A stretch of 32,000 bases of DNA from Pseudomonas aeruginosa (GTDB lineage: Bacteria; Pseudomonadota; Gammaproteobacteria; Pseudomonadales; Pseudomonadaceae): positions 4,980,001-5,012,000 of the forward strand of contig NZ_LN831024.1 of assembly GCF_001457615.1 (NCBI RefSeq), read 5' to 3'. This document shows, one piece after another, positions 12,521-23,484 of the stretch. Under the pieces are notes generated by a model. The model did no database searches. It had not been told where the DNA came from and was given only the letters and a program-made list of their open reading frames with translations. The position numbers were made by a program, and so were the translations under genes. Each line of letters starts with the position of its first letter. The first letter of the stretch is position 1.

Positions 12521-12866
12521 AGAGTCGATCTATAAGCCGGGTTCTGTCGAGGACAGCCATTCCTCTGGGACGCACATCACTGTACGCCTCAAGCGACCTA
12601 CCCGAATCCAACGCGGGCCGCGCCAATGGATTCCTATTTGGTCTTGCTCCGAGTGGGGTTTACCTAGCCACGCACTGTTGCCAGCCGTGCGGTGCGCTCT
12701 TACCGCACCTTTTCACCCTTACCGGCGCTGTTGCGCTTAGGCGGTTATTTTCTGTGGCACTTTCCGTAGGCTCGCGCCTCCCAGGCGTTACCTGGCACTC
12801 TGCCCTATGGAGCCCGGACTTTCCTCCACCGCGCTATTGCGCGACAGCGACTGTCCAATCGACTCT
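12521..12866 (-). ncRNA. rnpB: RNase P RNA (M1 RNA, bacterial type A)
   Basis: Minus strand begins AGAGTCGATTGGACAGTCGCTGTCGCGCAATAGCGCGGTGGAGGAAAGTCCGGGCTCC and ends GAATGGCTGTCCTCGACAGAACCCGGCTTATAGATCGACTCT. These are hallmark CR-I GAGGAAAGTCCGGGCT, AGGGTGAAAAGGTGCGGTAAGAGC and ACAGAACCCGGCTTA elements. Exact ends are approximate. Confidence 0.97.
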
Positions 12867-12875
12867 CCGCCGACA

Positions 12876-12904
12876 AGGTTAGCGGGAGCAGGCGCGAAGA
12901 ACAA
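12876..12904 (-). promoter_or_regulatory. Candidate sigma70 promoter of rnpB
   Basis: Minus strand -35 TTGTTC (12899-12904), 17-nt spacer, -10 TAACCT (12876-12881), GC-rich discriminator TGTCGGCGG leading into the mature 5' end near 12866. Confidence 0.5.
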
Positions 12905-12906
12905 GC

Positions 12907-13755
12907 TCAACTCTTCCCTTGGCGTTGCAAAGCCTGTTGATACAAAAGGTTTTTTCGCACCCCGGTAATTTCCGCCGCCAGCGCCGCGGCTTTCTTCAAC
13001 GGCAGCTCGGCAAGCAGCAGGTCGAGCACCCTGAGCGCCTCCGCACCGATCGACTCCTCGCCTTCCGGCGCCTGCCACCCCGCCACCAGCACAACGCACT
13101 CGCCGCGCTGCTGGTTGCTGTCCGACGCGACCCAATCGTGCAGTTCGGCCAACGGCAGGCTGCGAATGGTCTCGAAGGTCTTGCTCAGCTCCCGCGCCAG
13201 CACCGCACGGCGCTCCCCGCCGAACACGTCGCGCATGTCCGCCAGGCTTTCCAGCAGACGATGGGGCGCCTCGTAGAAAATCAGCGTGCGCGGCTCTTCC
13301 TGTACCGCCTGGAGGCGGCTGCGTCGTCCCGCAGCCTTGGCGGGCAGGAAACCTTCGAAGATGAACCGGTCCGACGGCAATCCCGCCGCCGACAGCGCCG
13401 CGATCAGCGCGCAGGAGCCCGGCACCGGGACCACCCGGATACCCAGCGCCTGTGCCTGGCGCACCAGGTGGAAGCCGGGATCGGAAATCAGCGGGGTACC
13501 GGCGTCCGAGATCAGCGCGACGTCCTCCCCACCCTGCAGCCGGGAGATGAAGCGCCCGCCCTCCTCGCGCTCGTTGTGCTCGTGGCAGGCCGCCAATGGC
13601 GTCTCGATGCCGAAGTGCTGGAACAGCCGGATCGAATGGCGGGTATCCTCCGCAGCCACCAGGGCCACCTCCCGCAGCACCCGCAGGGCGCGCGGGCTGA
13701 TGTCGTCGAGATTGCCGATCGGGGTCGCCACTACGAACAGAGTGCCTGCTGACAC
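12907..13755 (-). CDS. rsmI: 16S rRNA (cytidine1402-2'-O)-methyltransferase RsmI (282 aa, GTG start)
   Basis: (M)[40 protein letters not shown]... [14 protein letters not shown] tetrapyrrole-methylase-like fold. The track ORF to 14580 is an over-extension. Confidence 0.96.
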   Translation of the reverse strand: MSAGTLFVVATPIGNLDDISPRALRVLREVALVAAEDTRHSIRLFQHFGIETPLAACHEHNEREEGGRFISRLQGGEDVALISDAGTPLISDPGFHLVRQAQALGIRVVPVPGSCALIAALSAAGLPSDRFIFEGFLPAKAAGRRSRLQAVQEEPRTLIFYEAPHRLLESLADMRDVFGGERRAVLARELSKTFETIRSLPLAELHDWVASDSNQQRGECVVLVAGWQAPEGEESIGAEALRVLDLLLAELPLKKAAALAAEITGVRKNLLYQQALQRQGKS

Positions 13756-13881
13756 GAAAATACCTCGGGAGCTATCTGAAAAGGCGGCATTGTATCGCGA
13801 TTCAGGGTGCCGCCATCGCACCCGAGGCGGGCCTCCGGTACAATCGGCGACTCTTCGTGAATGCGCCATGAGAAGCCCTAT

Positions 13882-15692
13882 ATGATCGCTTGCCTGCGTC
13901 CGCTTTCTGCTCTGATCCTGGCCGGTCTGCTGACCGCCTGCGCGACCTCGTCCAATTCCGGACTGGGCGAACTTCCCCGTACGCCGAATGCCAGCATCGA
14001 GCAGTTGTTGCAACAGGCCAGCCAGAGCAAGCCCGAGGAAGCGGCGCTGCTGCGCCTCTCGGCAGCGGACCTTGCCTACCAGCAGAAGGACCTCGCCAGG
14101 TCCACCGCCATCCTGGGACAGATTCCGCTGGAAAGCCTGAAGCCGGCCCAGCAGGTCTTCGCCAGCACCCTGAACGCCGAACTGGCCCTCGCCCGCAGCA
14201 AGCCCAAGGCCGCCCTGCAGGCATTGCAGCATCCGAGCATGCAGCATCTCAGCGAACTGCCGGTGACCCAGCAGGTTCGTACCCAGCGCGCCAAGGCCCA
14301 GGCCCTCGCCGCCGACGGCCAGGTCCTTGCCGCAGCCAAGGAGCGCATCTACTTCGCACCGCTGCTCGAGGGCCCGGCGGTGATCGAGAACCAGGAAAAG
14401 ATCTGGACCCTGGTCAGCAGCCTGCCGGTCGACCAGTTGCAACCGAGCGCCAACGAAGGCGACCTCAGCGGCTGGCTGACCCTGGCACGCATCACCAAGA
14501 CCTCGCCGACCCTGCAGCAACAGCAGGCCAGCATCGAGAGCTGGCAACAGCAGAACCCCGAGCACCCGGCGGCCAAGCACTTGCCGGCGGCGCTGGAGAA
14601 ACTCAAGACGCTGTCCCAGCAGCCGCTGACCCGCATCGCCCTCCTGCTACCCCAGCAGGGGCAGTTGGCCAACGTCGCCCGGGCCCTGCAGGATGGCTTC
14701 CTCGCCGCCCACTTCCAGGCCCAGCAGGCCGGCCAGAATCCTCCTTCGATCAAGCTCTACGACAGTACCCAGGTGCGCTCGCTAGATGACTTCTACCGCC
14801 AGGCCCAGGCCGATGGCGTCGAACTGGTCGTCGGTCCACTGGAGAAGCCGCTGGTCAAGCAACTCGCTAGCCGCGAGCAACTGCCGATCACCACCCTCGC
14901 ACTCAACTACAGCGACAACAGCCAGGAAGGCCCGGCGCAGCTGTTCCAGTTCGGCCTCGCCGCCGAGGACGAAGCGCGCGCGGTGGCCAGCCGGGCCTGG
15001 GGCGACGGCATGCGCCGGGCCGTGGCGCTGGTGCCGCGCGGCGAATGGGGCGACCGCGTGTTGGCCGCCTTCAGCCAGAGCTGGCAGTCCGCGGGCGGCA
15101 GCCTGATCGCCGCCGAGCATGTCGACCAGCCGGTACAACTGGCGCAACAGATCGCCGACCTGCTGCAACTGCGCCAGAGCGAAGGCCGCGCCCAGCGCCT
15201 GCAGGGCACCCTCGGCAGCCAGATCGCCACCCAGCCGTCGCGCCGCCAGGACATCGACTTCGTGTTCCTCGCCGCCACCCCGCAGCAGGCCCGCCAGATC
15301 AAGCCGACCCTGGCCTTCCAGTACGCCGGCGACCTTCCGGTCTACGCCACTTCGCACCTCTACACCGGGACCAACAACCCGACCCAGGACCAGGATCTCA
15401 ACGGCATCCGCTTCTGCGAGACCCCGTGGCTGCTCAACCCCAGCGACCCGACCCGCCAGCAGGTCGCCGCCCAATGGCCCCAGGCCAACGGCAGCATGGG
15501 CCGCCTCTACGCCATGGGCGTCGACGCCTACCGCCTCGCTCCGCGTCTGCCTGAACTGAAGGCCGTGCCGAGCCTGCAGATCGACGGCCTGACCGGTACC
15601 CTGAGCCTGAATCCGACCCAACGTATCGAACGCCAGTTGCAATGGGCCGAGTTCCGCAATGGCCAGGTCCAGCCGCTGGGGACCAGCAGCTT

Positions 15693-15696
<4 letters not shown>
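13882..15696 (+). CDS. lpoA: LpoA/YraM-like outer-membrane lipoprotein, putative penicillin-binding-protein activator
   Basis: [24 protein letters not shown] signal with lipobox LTAC; periplasmic-binding-like C-terminal half ([27 protein letters not shown]...[13 protein letters not shown]). Upstream start at 13861 is possible. Confidence 0.88.
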
Positions 15697-17267
<1,571 letters not shown>

Positions 17268-17280
17268 AGAACAGCGAACG

Positions 17281-17310
17281 AAAAAAAGGCGATCCTTCGA
17301 TCGCCTTTTT
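17281..17310. terminator. Bidirectional Rho-independent terminator between convergent dolP-like gene and sspB
   Basis: AAAAAAAGGCGATCCTTCGATCGCCTTTTT: 7-bp stem GGCGATC/GATCGCC, CTTC loop, A-run and T-run flanks. Confidence 0.9.
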
Positions 17311-17323
17311 CATTGCCCGCCGT

Positions 17324-17737
17324 TTACTTGACCACCTTCAGGGATGGCCTGCCACTGGGACGCGGCGGCTCATCGGACGGTCCGCCATCGTCATCGCCCG
17401 GCTCGTCGTCCACCGGACCCGGCTGCTCCAGATCGAAGACCATGCCCTGGCCGTTTTCCCGGGCGTAGATGGCCATTACCGCCAGCGCTGGAATGTACAG
17501 GCTCTGCGCCACGCCGCCGAAACGCCCCTCGAAGCTGACCGCCTCGTTGTCCATGTGCAGATGCCGCACGGCAGAGGGCGAGACATTGAGCACGATCTGC
17601 CCATCGCTGGCATAGCCCGGAGGCACCTTTACCCCGGCGAACTCTGCGTTCACCAGGATATGCGGCGTGCAATCGTTGTCGACGATCCATTCATAGAGCG
17701 CGCGGACCAGATAGGGACGGCTGGAATTCATCTTCAT
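17324..17737 (-). CDS. sspB: ClpXP protease specificity-enhancing factor SspB (137 aa)
   Basis: MNSSRPYLVRALYEWIVDNDCTPHILVNAEFAGVKVPPGYASDGQIVLNVSPSAV...; acidic tail ending RPSLKVVK; next to sspA. Confidence 0.95.
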   Translation of the reverse strand: MKMNSSRPYLVRALYEWIVDNDCTPHILVNAEFAGVKVPPGYASDGQIVLNVSPSAVRHLHMDNEAVSFEGRFGGVAQSLYIPALAVMAIYARENGQGMVFDLEQPGPVDDEPGDDDGGPSDEPPRPSGRPSLKVVK

Positions 17738-17742
17738 GTTCC

Positions 17743-18360
17743 TTAACGCATATCTCGTTCAACGGAAGACAGGCTGGCCCGGAAGCTTTCCCGGGCGAAT
17801 CCGCGCTCCATGTAGTCGAGCAACGGCTTGGCCTGCCGCGGCAACTCGATGCCCAGCAGCGGCAGACGCCAGAGGATCGGCAACAGGCAGCAATCCACCA
17901 GGCTGAAATCCTCGCTGAGGAAATATGCCTTGTCGGCGAACAGCGGGGAAACCCCGGTCAGGCTCTCGCGCAACTCCTTGCGCGCCTGGACCCGCTCGGC
18001 CTCCTTGCTGCGCGCATCCAGGATCCGGTCCACCAGGGAACACCAGTCCCGCTGGATACGATGGATCAACAGGCGGCTGTTGGCACGCTTCACCGGATAA
18101 TCGGGCAGCAGCGGCGGATGCGGATAGCGTTCGTCGAGGTATTCCATGACCACCGTCGGCTCGTACAGCGCCAGGTCGCGATCGACCAGGGTCGGTACGC
18201 TGCCGTAGGGGTTGACCTCCGCCAGCATCGGCGGACAGCGGCCCGCCTCGATATCGATCACCTCTACCGCCACGTTCTTCTCGGCCAGGACCAGGCGGAT
18301 GCGATGGCAGTAATGATCGGCAGGGTCGGAATAGCAGGTCAGCTTGTTGATTGAAGCCAT
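17743..18360 (-). CDS. sspA: Stringent starvation protein A (glutathione S-transferase-like, 205 aa)
   Basis: [40 protein letters not shown]...[17 protein letters not shown]. sspA-sspB pair. Confidence 0.95.
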   Translation of the reverse strand: MASINKLTCYSDPADHYCHRIRLVLAEKNVAVEVIDIEAGRCPPMLAEVNPYGSVPTLVDRDLALYEPTVVMEYLDERYPHPPLLPDYPVKRANSRLLIHRIQRDWCSLVDRILDARSKEAERVQARKELRESLTGVSPLFADKAYFLSEDFSLVDCCLLPILWRLPLLGIELPRQAKPLLDYMERGFARESFRASLSSVERDMR

Positions 18361-18445
18361 GGAGCCCTCCTCGCAGGTCGACTTGTGGGAGGTGAAAAGA
18401 CGCGCGCGCCCCGTAGGGCGCGCGCTTCGAAGACCAACGTGCGGG

Positions 18446-19228
18446 TTAGTGCACGTCCTTCCAGTACTCGCGCTTGAGGAGATAGGCGAATACGAAGAAG
18501 AAGGCCAGGTAGAGCAGGACGTAGGTACCGATACGCTCGGAGGCCAGCTTGTTCGGGTTGGCCGAATAGGCCAGGAAGGTCACCAGGTTCTTGACCTTCT
18601 CGTCGAACTGAGCTTCGTTCAGTTCGCCGGTCTTCGGCACCACGGTCAACTGGTCACAAGCTTCGTGAGTCAGCGGGGTACCGGTCAACGGATCGAACTG
18701 CTTCTTGCCATCCTCGACCACCTGTACCTGCTTGCAGCCGATCACCTGGCGTCCCTGCAGGGGCGCCAGGACGTTCGGCATGCCGACGTTGGGGAAGATC
18801 ACGTTGTTCACGCCCCACGGACGCTTGGGATCCTCGTAGAACGAGCGCAGGTAGCTGTACAGCCAGTCGGTGCCGCGTACGCGGGCAACCAGGGTCAGAT
18901 CCGGCGGAGCGGCGCCGAACCAGGTCTTGGCGTCGGCCGGCTTCATGCCGATGTCCATGTGGTCGCCGATCTTGGCGCCGGTGAACACCAGCTTCTCCAT
19001 CATCAGATCGGCAGGAATGCCCAGGTCGGTGGCGACACGCTCGTAACGCTGGAACTTGGCGCTATGGCAGCCCATGCAGTAGTTGGCGAAGGTACGCGCG
19101 CCATCCTGCATGGCCGCCTTGTCGGTCAGGTCGATGTCGACATGATCCAGTTGCGGCCCATGGCCGCCAGCGGCGAAACCCAGGACTGGCAGTACCGCCA
19201 GAATCAGTGCAGCGAATTGCTTTTTCAT
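18446..19228 (-). CDS. petC: Ubiquinol-cytochrome c reductase, cytochrome c1 (260 aa)
   Basis: [27 protein letters not shown]...[18 protein letters not shown] haem c motif, C-terminal TM anchor [26 protein letters not shown] at 19228 overlaps the cytochrome b stop. The track start at 19468 is an over-extension. Confidence 0.96.
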   Translation of the reverse strand: MKKQFAALILAVLPVLGFAAGGHGPQLDHVDIDLTDKAAMQDGARTFANYCMGCHSAKFQRYERVATDLGIPADLMMEKLVFTGAKIGDHMDIGMKPADAKTWFGAAPPDLTLVARVRGTDWLYSYLRSFYEDPKRPWGVNNVIFPNVGMPNVLAPLQGRQVIGCKQVQVVEDGKKQFDPLTGTPLTHEACDQLTVVPKTGELNEAQFDEKVKNLVTFLAYSANPNKLASERIGTYVLLYLAFFFVFAYLLKREYWKDVH

Positions 19229-20439
19229 CAGCCAGTCACCCTTTCCGGAACCGGTTTGGTCTTCTCCATCCGGGTGTAGAACGGCATCAGGATGAAGAAG
19301 GCGAAATACAGGACGGTGCAAACGCGCGACAGGGTAGTACCCAGCGGGCTCGGAGCCTGGGCGCCGTAGTAGCCGAGGATCACGAAGGACACCGCGAAGA
19401 TCACCAGCCACAGCTTGCTCAGCCAGCCCTTGTAGCGGATCGAGCGAACCGGGCTGCGATCCAGCCACGGCAGGACGAACAGCACGGCGATCGCCGCACC
19501 CATCGCCACCACGCCCATCAGCTTGTCCGGAACCGCGCGGAGGATCGCGTAGAACGGGGTGAAGTACCAGACCGGAGCGATGTGCTCGGGGGTCTTGAAC
19601 TGGTTGGCCATCTCGAAGTTGGGCTTCTCGAGGAAGTAGCCGCCCATTTCCGGGAAGAAGAAGATCACGGTGCAGAAGATGAACAGGAACACCACCACAC
19701 CGACGATATCCTTCACGGTGTAGTACGGATGGAACGCGATGCCGTCCAGCGGTACGCCGTTCTCGTCCTTCTTCTTCTTGATGTCAACGCCGTCCGGGTT
19801 GTTCGAACCGACTTCGTGCAGCGCCAGGATGTGCAGCACGACCAGGCCGAGCAGGACGATCGGCAGGGCGATCACATGCAGGGCGAAGAAGCGGTTCAGG
19901 GTGATGCCGGAGATCAGGAAGTCACCGCGGATCCACTGGGCCAGGTCTTCGCCGACCACCGGAATCGCGCCGAACAGGGAAATGATCACCTGGGCGCCCC
20001 AGTAGGACATCTGACCCCAAGGCAGCAGGTAGCCCATGAAGGCCTCGGCCATCAGCGCCAGGTAGATCAGCATGCCGAAGATCCACACCAGCTCGCGCGG
20101 CTTCTGATAGGAGCCGTAGAGCAGGCCGCGGAACATGTGCAGGTAGACCACGATGAAGAACGCCGATGCACCGGTGGAGTGCATGTAGCGAATGATCCAG
20201 CCGTAGTCGACATCGCGCATGATGTATTCGACGGAAGCGAACGCCTCTTCGGCCGACGGCGTGAAGCTCATGGTCAGCCAGATGCCGGTGAGGATCTGGT
20301 TGACCAGCACCAGCAGCGCCAGGGAACCGAAGAAATACCAGAAGTTGAAGTTCTTCGGTGCGTAGTACTTGCTCAGATGGTCTTCCCACATCTTGGTCGC
20401 GGGAAAACGCGCATCGACCCAAGCCATGAACTTGTTCAT
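19228..20439 (-). CDS. petB: Ubiquinol-cytochrome c reductase, cytochrome b (403 aa)
   Basis: MNKFMAWVDARFPATKMWEDHLSKYYAPKNFNFWYFFGSLALLVLVNQILTGIWLTMSFTP...GYLLPWGQMSYWGAQVI...PEHIAPVWYFTPFYAILR. Confidence 0.97.
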   Translation of the reverse strand: MNKFMAWVDARFPATKMWEDHLSKYYAPKNFNFWYFFGSLALLVLVNQILTGIWLTMSFTPSAEEAFASVEYIMRDVDYGWIIRYMHSTGASAFFIVVYLHMFRGLLYGSYQKPRELVWIFGMLIYLALMAEAFMGYLLPWGQMSYWGAQVIISLFGAIPVVGEDLAQWIRGDFLISGITLNRFFALHVIALPIVLLGLVVLHILALHEVGSNNPDGVDIKKKKDENGVPLDGIAFHPYYTVKDIVGVVVFLFIFCTVIFFFPEMGGYFLEKPNFEMANQFKTPEHIAPVWYFTPFYAILRAVPDKLMGVVAMGAAIAVLFVLPWLDRSPVRSIRYKGWLSKLWLVIFAVSFVILGYYGAQAPSPLGTTLSRVCTVLYFAFFILMPFYTRMEKTKPVPERVTG

Positions 20440-21032
20440 CAGGCTTTCTCCTGGTCCACGCCGATGGTGATGACGTCGTCAGCATCGAACGTATAAGGCG
20501 GAATCGGCAGGTTCAGCGGCGCTGGCTGGCCTTTGTAGACACGACCGGCGAGGTCGTAGTGGGAGCCGTGGCAAGGGCAGAAGTAGCCACCCTTCCAGTC
20601 CGGACCGAGGTCGGCGGGGGCGACTTCGGGACGGAAGGTCGGCGAGCAGCCCAAGTGGGTGCAGATGCCGACGATCACCGCCAGTTCCGGCTTGATCGAG
20701 CGAAGCTTGGGATCGACGTACTCCGGCTGCTCCGAGGCCTTGGAGTCCGGGTCGGCCAGTTGTCCTTCGAGGCTCGGCAGGGCGTCCAGCATCTCCTTCG
20801 TGCGGTGCACGATGAATACAGGCTTGCCGCGCCATTCAGCGATGATCTGCTGACCTGGATCGATCTTGCCCACGTTCACCTGCACCGGCGCGCCAGCAGC
20901 CTTGGCTTTGGCACTGGGGAACCATGACCCTACGAACGGGACCGCAGCACCCACCGCTCCCGCCGCGCCAACCACAGAGGTGGCCGCGACGAGGAAGCGA
21001 CGCCGGCCTGCATTCACGCCGTCATTACTCAT
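20439..21032 (-). CDS. petA: Ubiquinol-cytochrome c reductase, Rieske iron-sulfur subunit (197 aa)
   Basis: TAT-like N-terminus GRRRFLVAATSVVGAAG; Rieske cluster motifs CTHLGCSP and CPCHGSHYDLAGR. Confidence 0.97.
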   Translation of the reverse strand: MSNDGVNAGRRRFLVAATSVVGAAGAVGAAVPFVGSWFPSAKAKAAGAPVQVNVGKIDPGQQIIAEWRGKPVFIVHRTKEMLDALPSLEGQLADPDSKASEQPEYVDPKLRSIKPELAVIVGICTHLGCSPTFRPEVAPADLGPDWKGGYFCPCHGSHYDLAGRVYKGQPAPLNLPIPPYTFDADDVITIGVDQEKA

Positions 21033-21231
21033 TCAGTCGTCTCCCATCAGCTTCAGACCTGTTCTAATCAGGCCTTTAAGTAAAAATTCGAGCCGCGCAA
21101 AAAATTCGCCAAATGGTAAAGAAAACCCCCTTTGATGACAAGGTAATAGCCTGACACAAAACGCCCGAAACCCTTGTAGGGCGCGCCCTTCGGCCATGCG
21201 ACACCTTGCCGCAGAGTTAAAGCGTAGACAT

Positions 21232-21267
21232 AAAAAAACGCCCAGCTCCGAAGAGGTGGGCGTTTTT
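21232..21267. terminator. Rho-independent terminator downstream of rpsI (read on minus strand; roughly symmetric)
   Basis: AAAAAAACGCCCAGCTCCGAAGAGGTGGGCGTTTTT; GCCCA/TGGGC core stem flanked by A-run and T-run. Confidence 0.8.
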
Positions 21268-21281
21268 CAGCAAGCGTCGAA

Positions 21282-21674
21282 TTAACGCTTGGAGTACTGC
21301 GGACGCTTACGCGCTTTACGCAGACCGACTTTCTTACGCTCGACTTCACGGGCATCGCGAGTCACGTAGCCGGCCTTGCGCAGCGAGCTACGCAGGGTTT
21401 CGTCGTACTCGATCAGGGCACGGGTGATGCCGTGACGGATCGCACCGGCCTGACCGCTTACGCCACCGCCAACGACGGTAACGAAGATGTCGAACTTCTC
21501 GACAGTCTCGGTCAGCTCGAGCGGCTGACGCACGACCATGCGAGCGGTTTCACGACCGAAGAACTGATCGAGACCACGGTTGTTGATGGAAATCTTGCCA
21601 GTACCCGGACGCAGGAAGACGCGAGCGGTAGCGGTCTTACGACGGCCAGTGCCGTAATTTTGAGTCGCCGACAT
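21282..21674 (-). CDS. rpsI: 30S ribosomal protein S9 (130 aa)
   Basis: [42 protein letters not shown]...[20 protein letters not shown]. Confidence 0.98.
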   Translation of the reverse strand: MSATQNYGTGRRKTATARVFLRPGTGKISINNRGLDQFFGRETARMVVRQPLELTETVEKFDIFVTVVGGGVSGQAGAIRHGITRALIEYDETLRSSLRKAGYVTRDAREVERKKVGLRKARKRPQYSKR

Positions 21675-21688
21675 AATGAGCTATCCCG

Positions 21689-22117
21689 TTAAATCTTCAG
21701 TTCTTGGGGCTGCTGAGCGGTGTGCGGGTGGCTGGCACCCTTGTACACCTTCAGCTTGCGATACATATCGCGACCCAGAGGGTTCTTCGGCAGCATGCCT
21801 TTTACAGCGGTCTCGATGACGCGCTCAGGGGCCTTGGCGATCAGCTTCTCGAAGTTGATCGACTTGATGCCGCCCGGGAAGCCGGAGTGGTGGTAGTACA
21901 TCTTGTCGGTGGTCTTGGCACCGGTCACACGCACCTGCTCGGCGTTGATGACGACGATGTAGTCGCCGGTGTCAACGTGCGGAGTGTACTCAGGCTTGTG
22001 CTTGCCACGCAGGCGGCGGGCAATTTCGGTCGCCAGACGACCCAGGGTCTGGCCGGCAGCGTCGACGACGAACCAGTCGCGCTGTACAGTTTCCGGTTTC
22101 GCGGTATAGGTTTTCAT
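21689..22117 (-). CDS. rplM: 50S ribosomal protein L13 (142 aa)
   Basis: [66 protein letters not shown].... Confidence 0.98.
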
Positions 22118-22157
22118 TCGTTATAGCCTCAGGGGCCGCCTGAAAATAAGACGGCGA

Positions 22158-22186
22158 ATCTTACTGGACAGTGGTTGCCTTGACAA
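22158..22186 (-). promoter_or_regulatory. Probable sigma70 promoter of rplM-rpsI
   Basis: Minus strand -35 TTGTCA (22181-22186), 17-nt spacer, -10 TAAGAT (22158-22163), about 35-nt leader to the rplM ATG. Confidence 0.65.
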
Positions 22187-22362
22187 GTCAAGGACAGCCG
22201 AAAACAGACACGAATTGGGGCTCGGGTCGGTGTGCGTCCGTAACGACTAGATACATCGATCGGCAGGCTTGGCATCCCCCACCGATGAAAGGCTGCGGAA
22301 TTATGCAGATTTCGCCAGAATTTACAACCGCATTAACCACTTAATTTCACGAGGACACCCGC

Positions 22363-23400
22363 ATGGAGTATCGCCCGCTCGGCCGCACCGATCTGAAAGT
22401 CAGCGCCCTCTGCCTCGGCACCATGACCTGGGGCGAGCAGAACAGCGAGCAGGACGCCTTCGCCCAGATCGCCAGGGCCAAGGCCGCCGGGATCAATTTC
22501 ATGGATACCGCCGAAATGTATCCGGTGCCGCCCCGCGCCGAGACCTACGCCAGCACCGAGCGCATCATCGGCAACTGGTTCCGCCGCAGCAGCGACCGCG
22601 CCGACTGGATCCTCGCCAGCAAGATCGCCGGCCCCGGCAACGGCATCAGCCATGTGCGCGACGGCAACCTCAAGTTCAACCGCCAGCACATCGTCGCCGC
22701 CCTCGATGCCAGCCTGGAGCGCCTGCAGACAGACTGGCTGGACCTCTACCAGTTGCACTGGCCGGAGCGGCGGACCAACTTCTTCGGCCAGCTCGGCTAC
22801 CAGCACCAGGAAGAGAGCTTCACACCGCTGGAGGAAACCCTGGAAGTGCTCGACGAGCAGGTGCGCGCCGGCAAGATCCGCCACATCGGCCTGTCCAACG
22901 AGACGCCCTGGGGCACCATGACCTTCCTCAGGCTCGCCGAGGAGCGCGGCTGGCCGCGCGCGGTATCGATCCAGAACCCCTACAACCTGCTCAACCGCAG
23001 CTTCGAGGTGGGCCTGGCGGAAATCGCCATCCGCGAGCAGTGCGGCCTGCTGGCCTACTCGCCGATGGCCTTCGGCATGCTTTCCGGCAAGTACACGGAC
23101 GGCGCCCGCCCGGCCAACGCGCGCATCAGTCTGTACAGCCGCTTCACCCGCTACACCAACCCGCAGGCGGAAGCGGCCTGCGCGCGCTACGTAGCGCTGG
23201 CCCGCGAACATGGAATGGAACCGGCGCAGATGGCACTGGCCTACGTCACCTCGCGGCCGTTCGTGACCAGCAACATCATCGGCGCCACCTCGCTGGAACA
23301 GCTGGAAACCAATCTCGGCAGCGTCGACCTGAGGCTGGACGAGGAATTGCTCGCCGGTATCGATGCAATCCACCGGGAGCAACCGAACCCGGCTCCCTGA
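22363..23400 (+). CDS. Aldo/keto reductase, Tas-like (345 aa)
   Basis: MEYRPLGRTDLKVSALCLGTMTWGEQNSEQDAFAQI...DTAEMYPVPPRAETYASTERIIGNWF...DLYQLHWPERRTNFFG...GLSNETPWG...IQNPYNLLNRSFEVGLAE. Resembles E. coli Tas as recalled. GAGGAC RBS-like sequence upstream. Confidence 0.93.
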   Translation: MEYRPLGRTDLKVSALCLGTMTWGEQNSEQDAFAQIARAKAAGINFMDTAEMYPVPPRAETYASTERIIGNWFRRSSDRADWILASKIAGPGNGISHVRDGNLKFNRQHIVAALDASLERLQTDWLDLYQLHWPERRTNFFGQLGYQHQEESFTPLEETLEVLDEQVRAGKIRHIGLSNETPWGTMTFLRLAEERGWPRAVSIQNPYNLLNRSFEVGLAEIAIREQCGLLAYSPMAFGMLSGKYTDGARPANARISLYSRFTRYTNPQAEAACARYVALAREHGMEPAQMALAYVTSRPFVTSNIIGATSLEQLETNLGSVDLRLDEELLAGIDAIHREQPNPAP

Positions 23401-23484
23401 GCCTCCAGGGGCCTGGCGCTGCCGCGGGTTCGGCGGACAACCGCGCGATGCGGTCGTCCGCCCCTCCCGGTGACCAGGCGCGCC

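Noticed and set aside
12541-12861. Repeats and hairpins within this segment considered as a novel structured element or CRISPR-like array
   Set aside because: They are the conserved helices of RNase P RNA (rnpB).
13789-13844. TACAAT hexamers in both orientations in the rsmI-lpoA gap (13789-13794 minus, 13839-13844 plus)
   Set aside because: Plausible -10 elements for divergent promoters, but no matching -35 was found at proper spacing, so I did not list them as features.
13755-14580. 5' extension of the rsmI ORF to a 557-aa protein
   Set aside because: The conserved family start is at GTG 13755. The extension is antisense to lpoA and crosses the divergent promoter region.
18361-19279. ORF 18344..19279 (+, 311 aa) as a gene opposite cytochrome c1
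   Set aside because: Shadow ORF of the well-supported cytochrome c1 gene.
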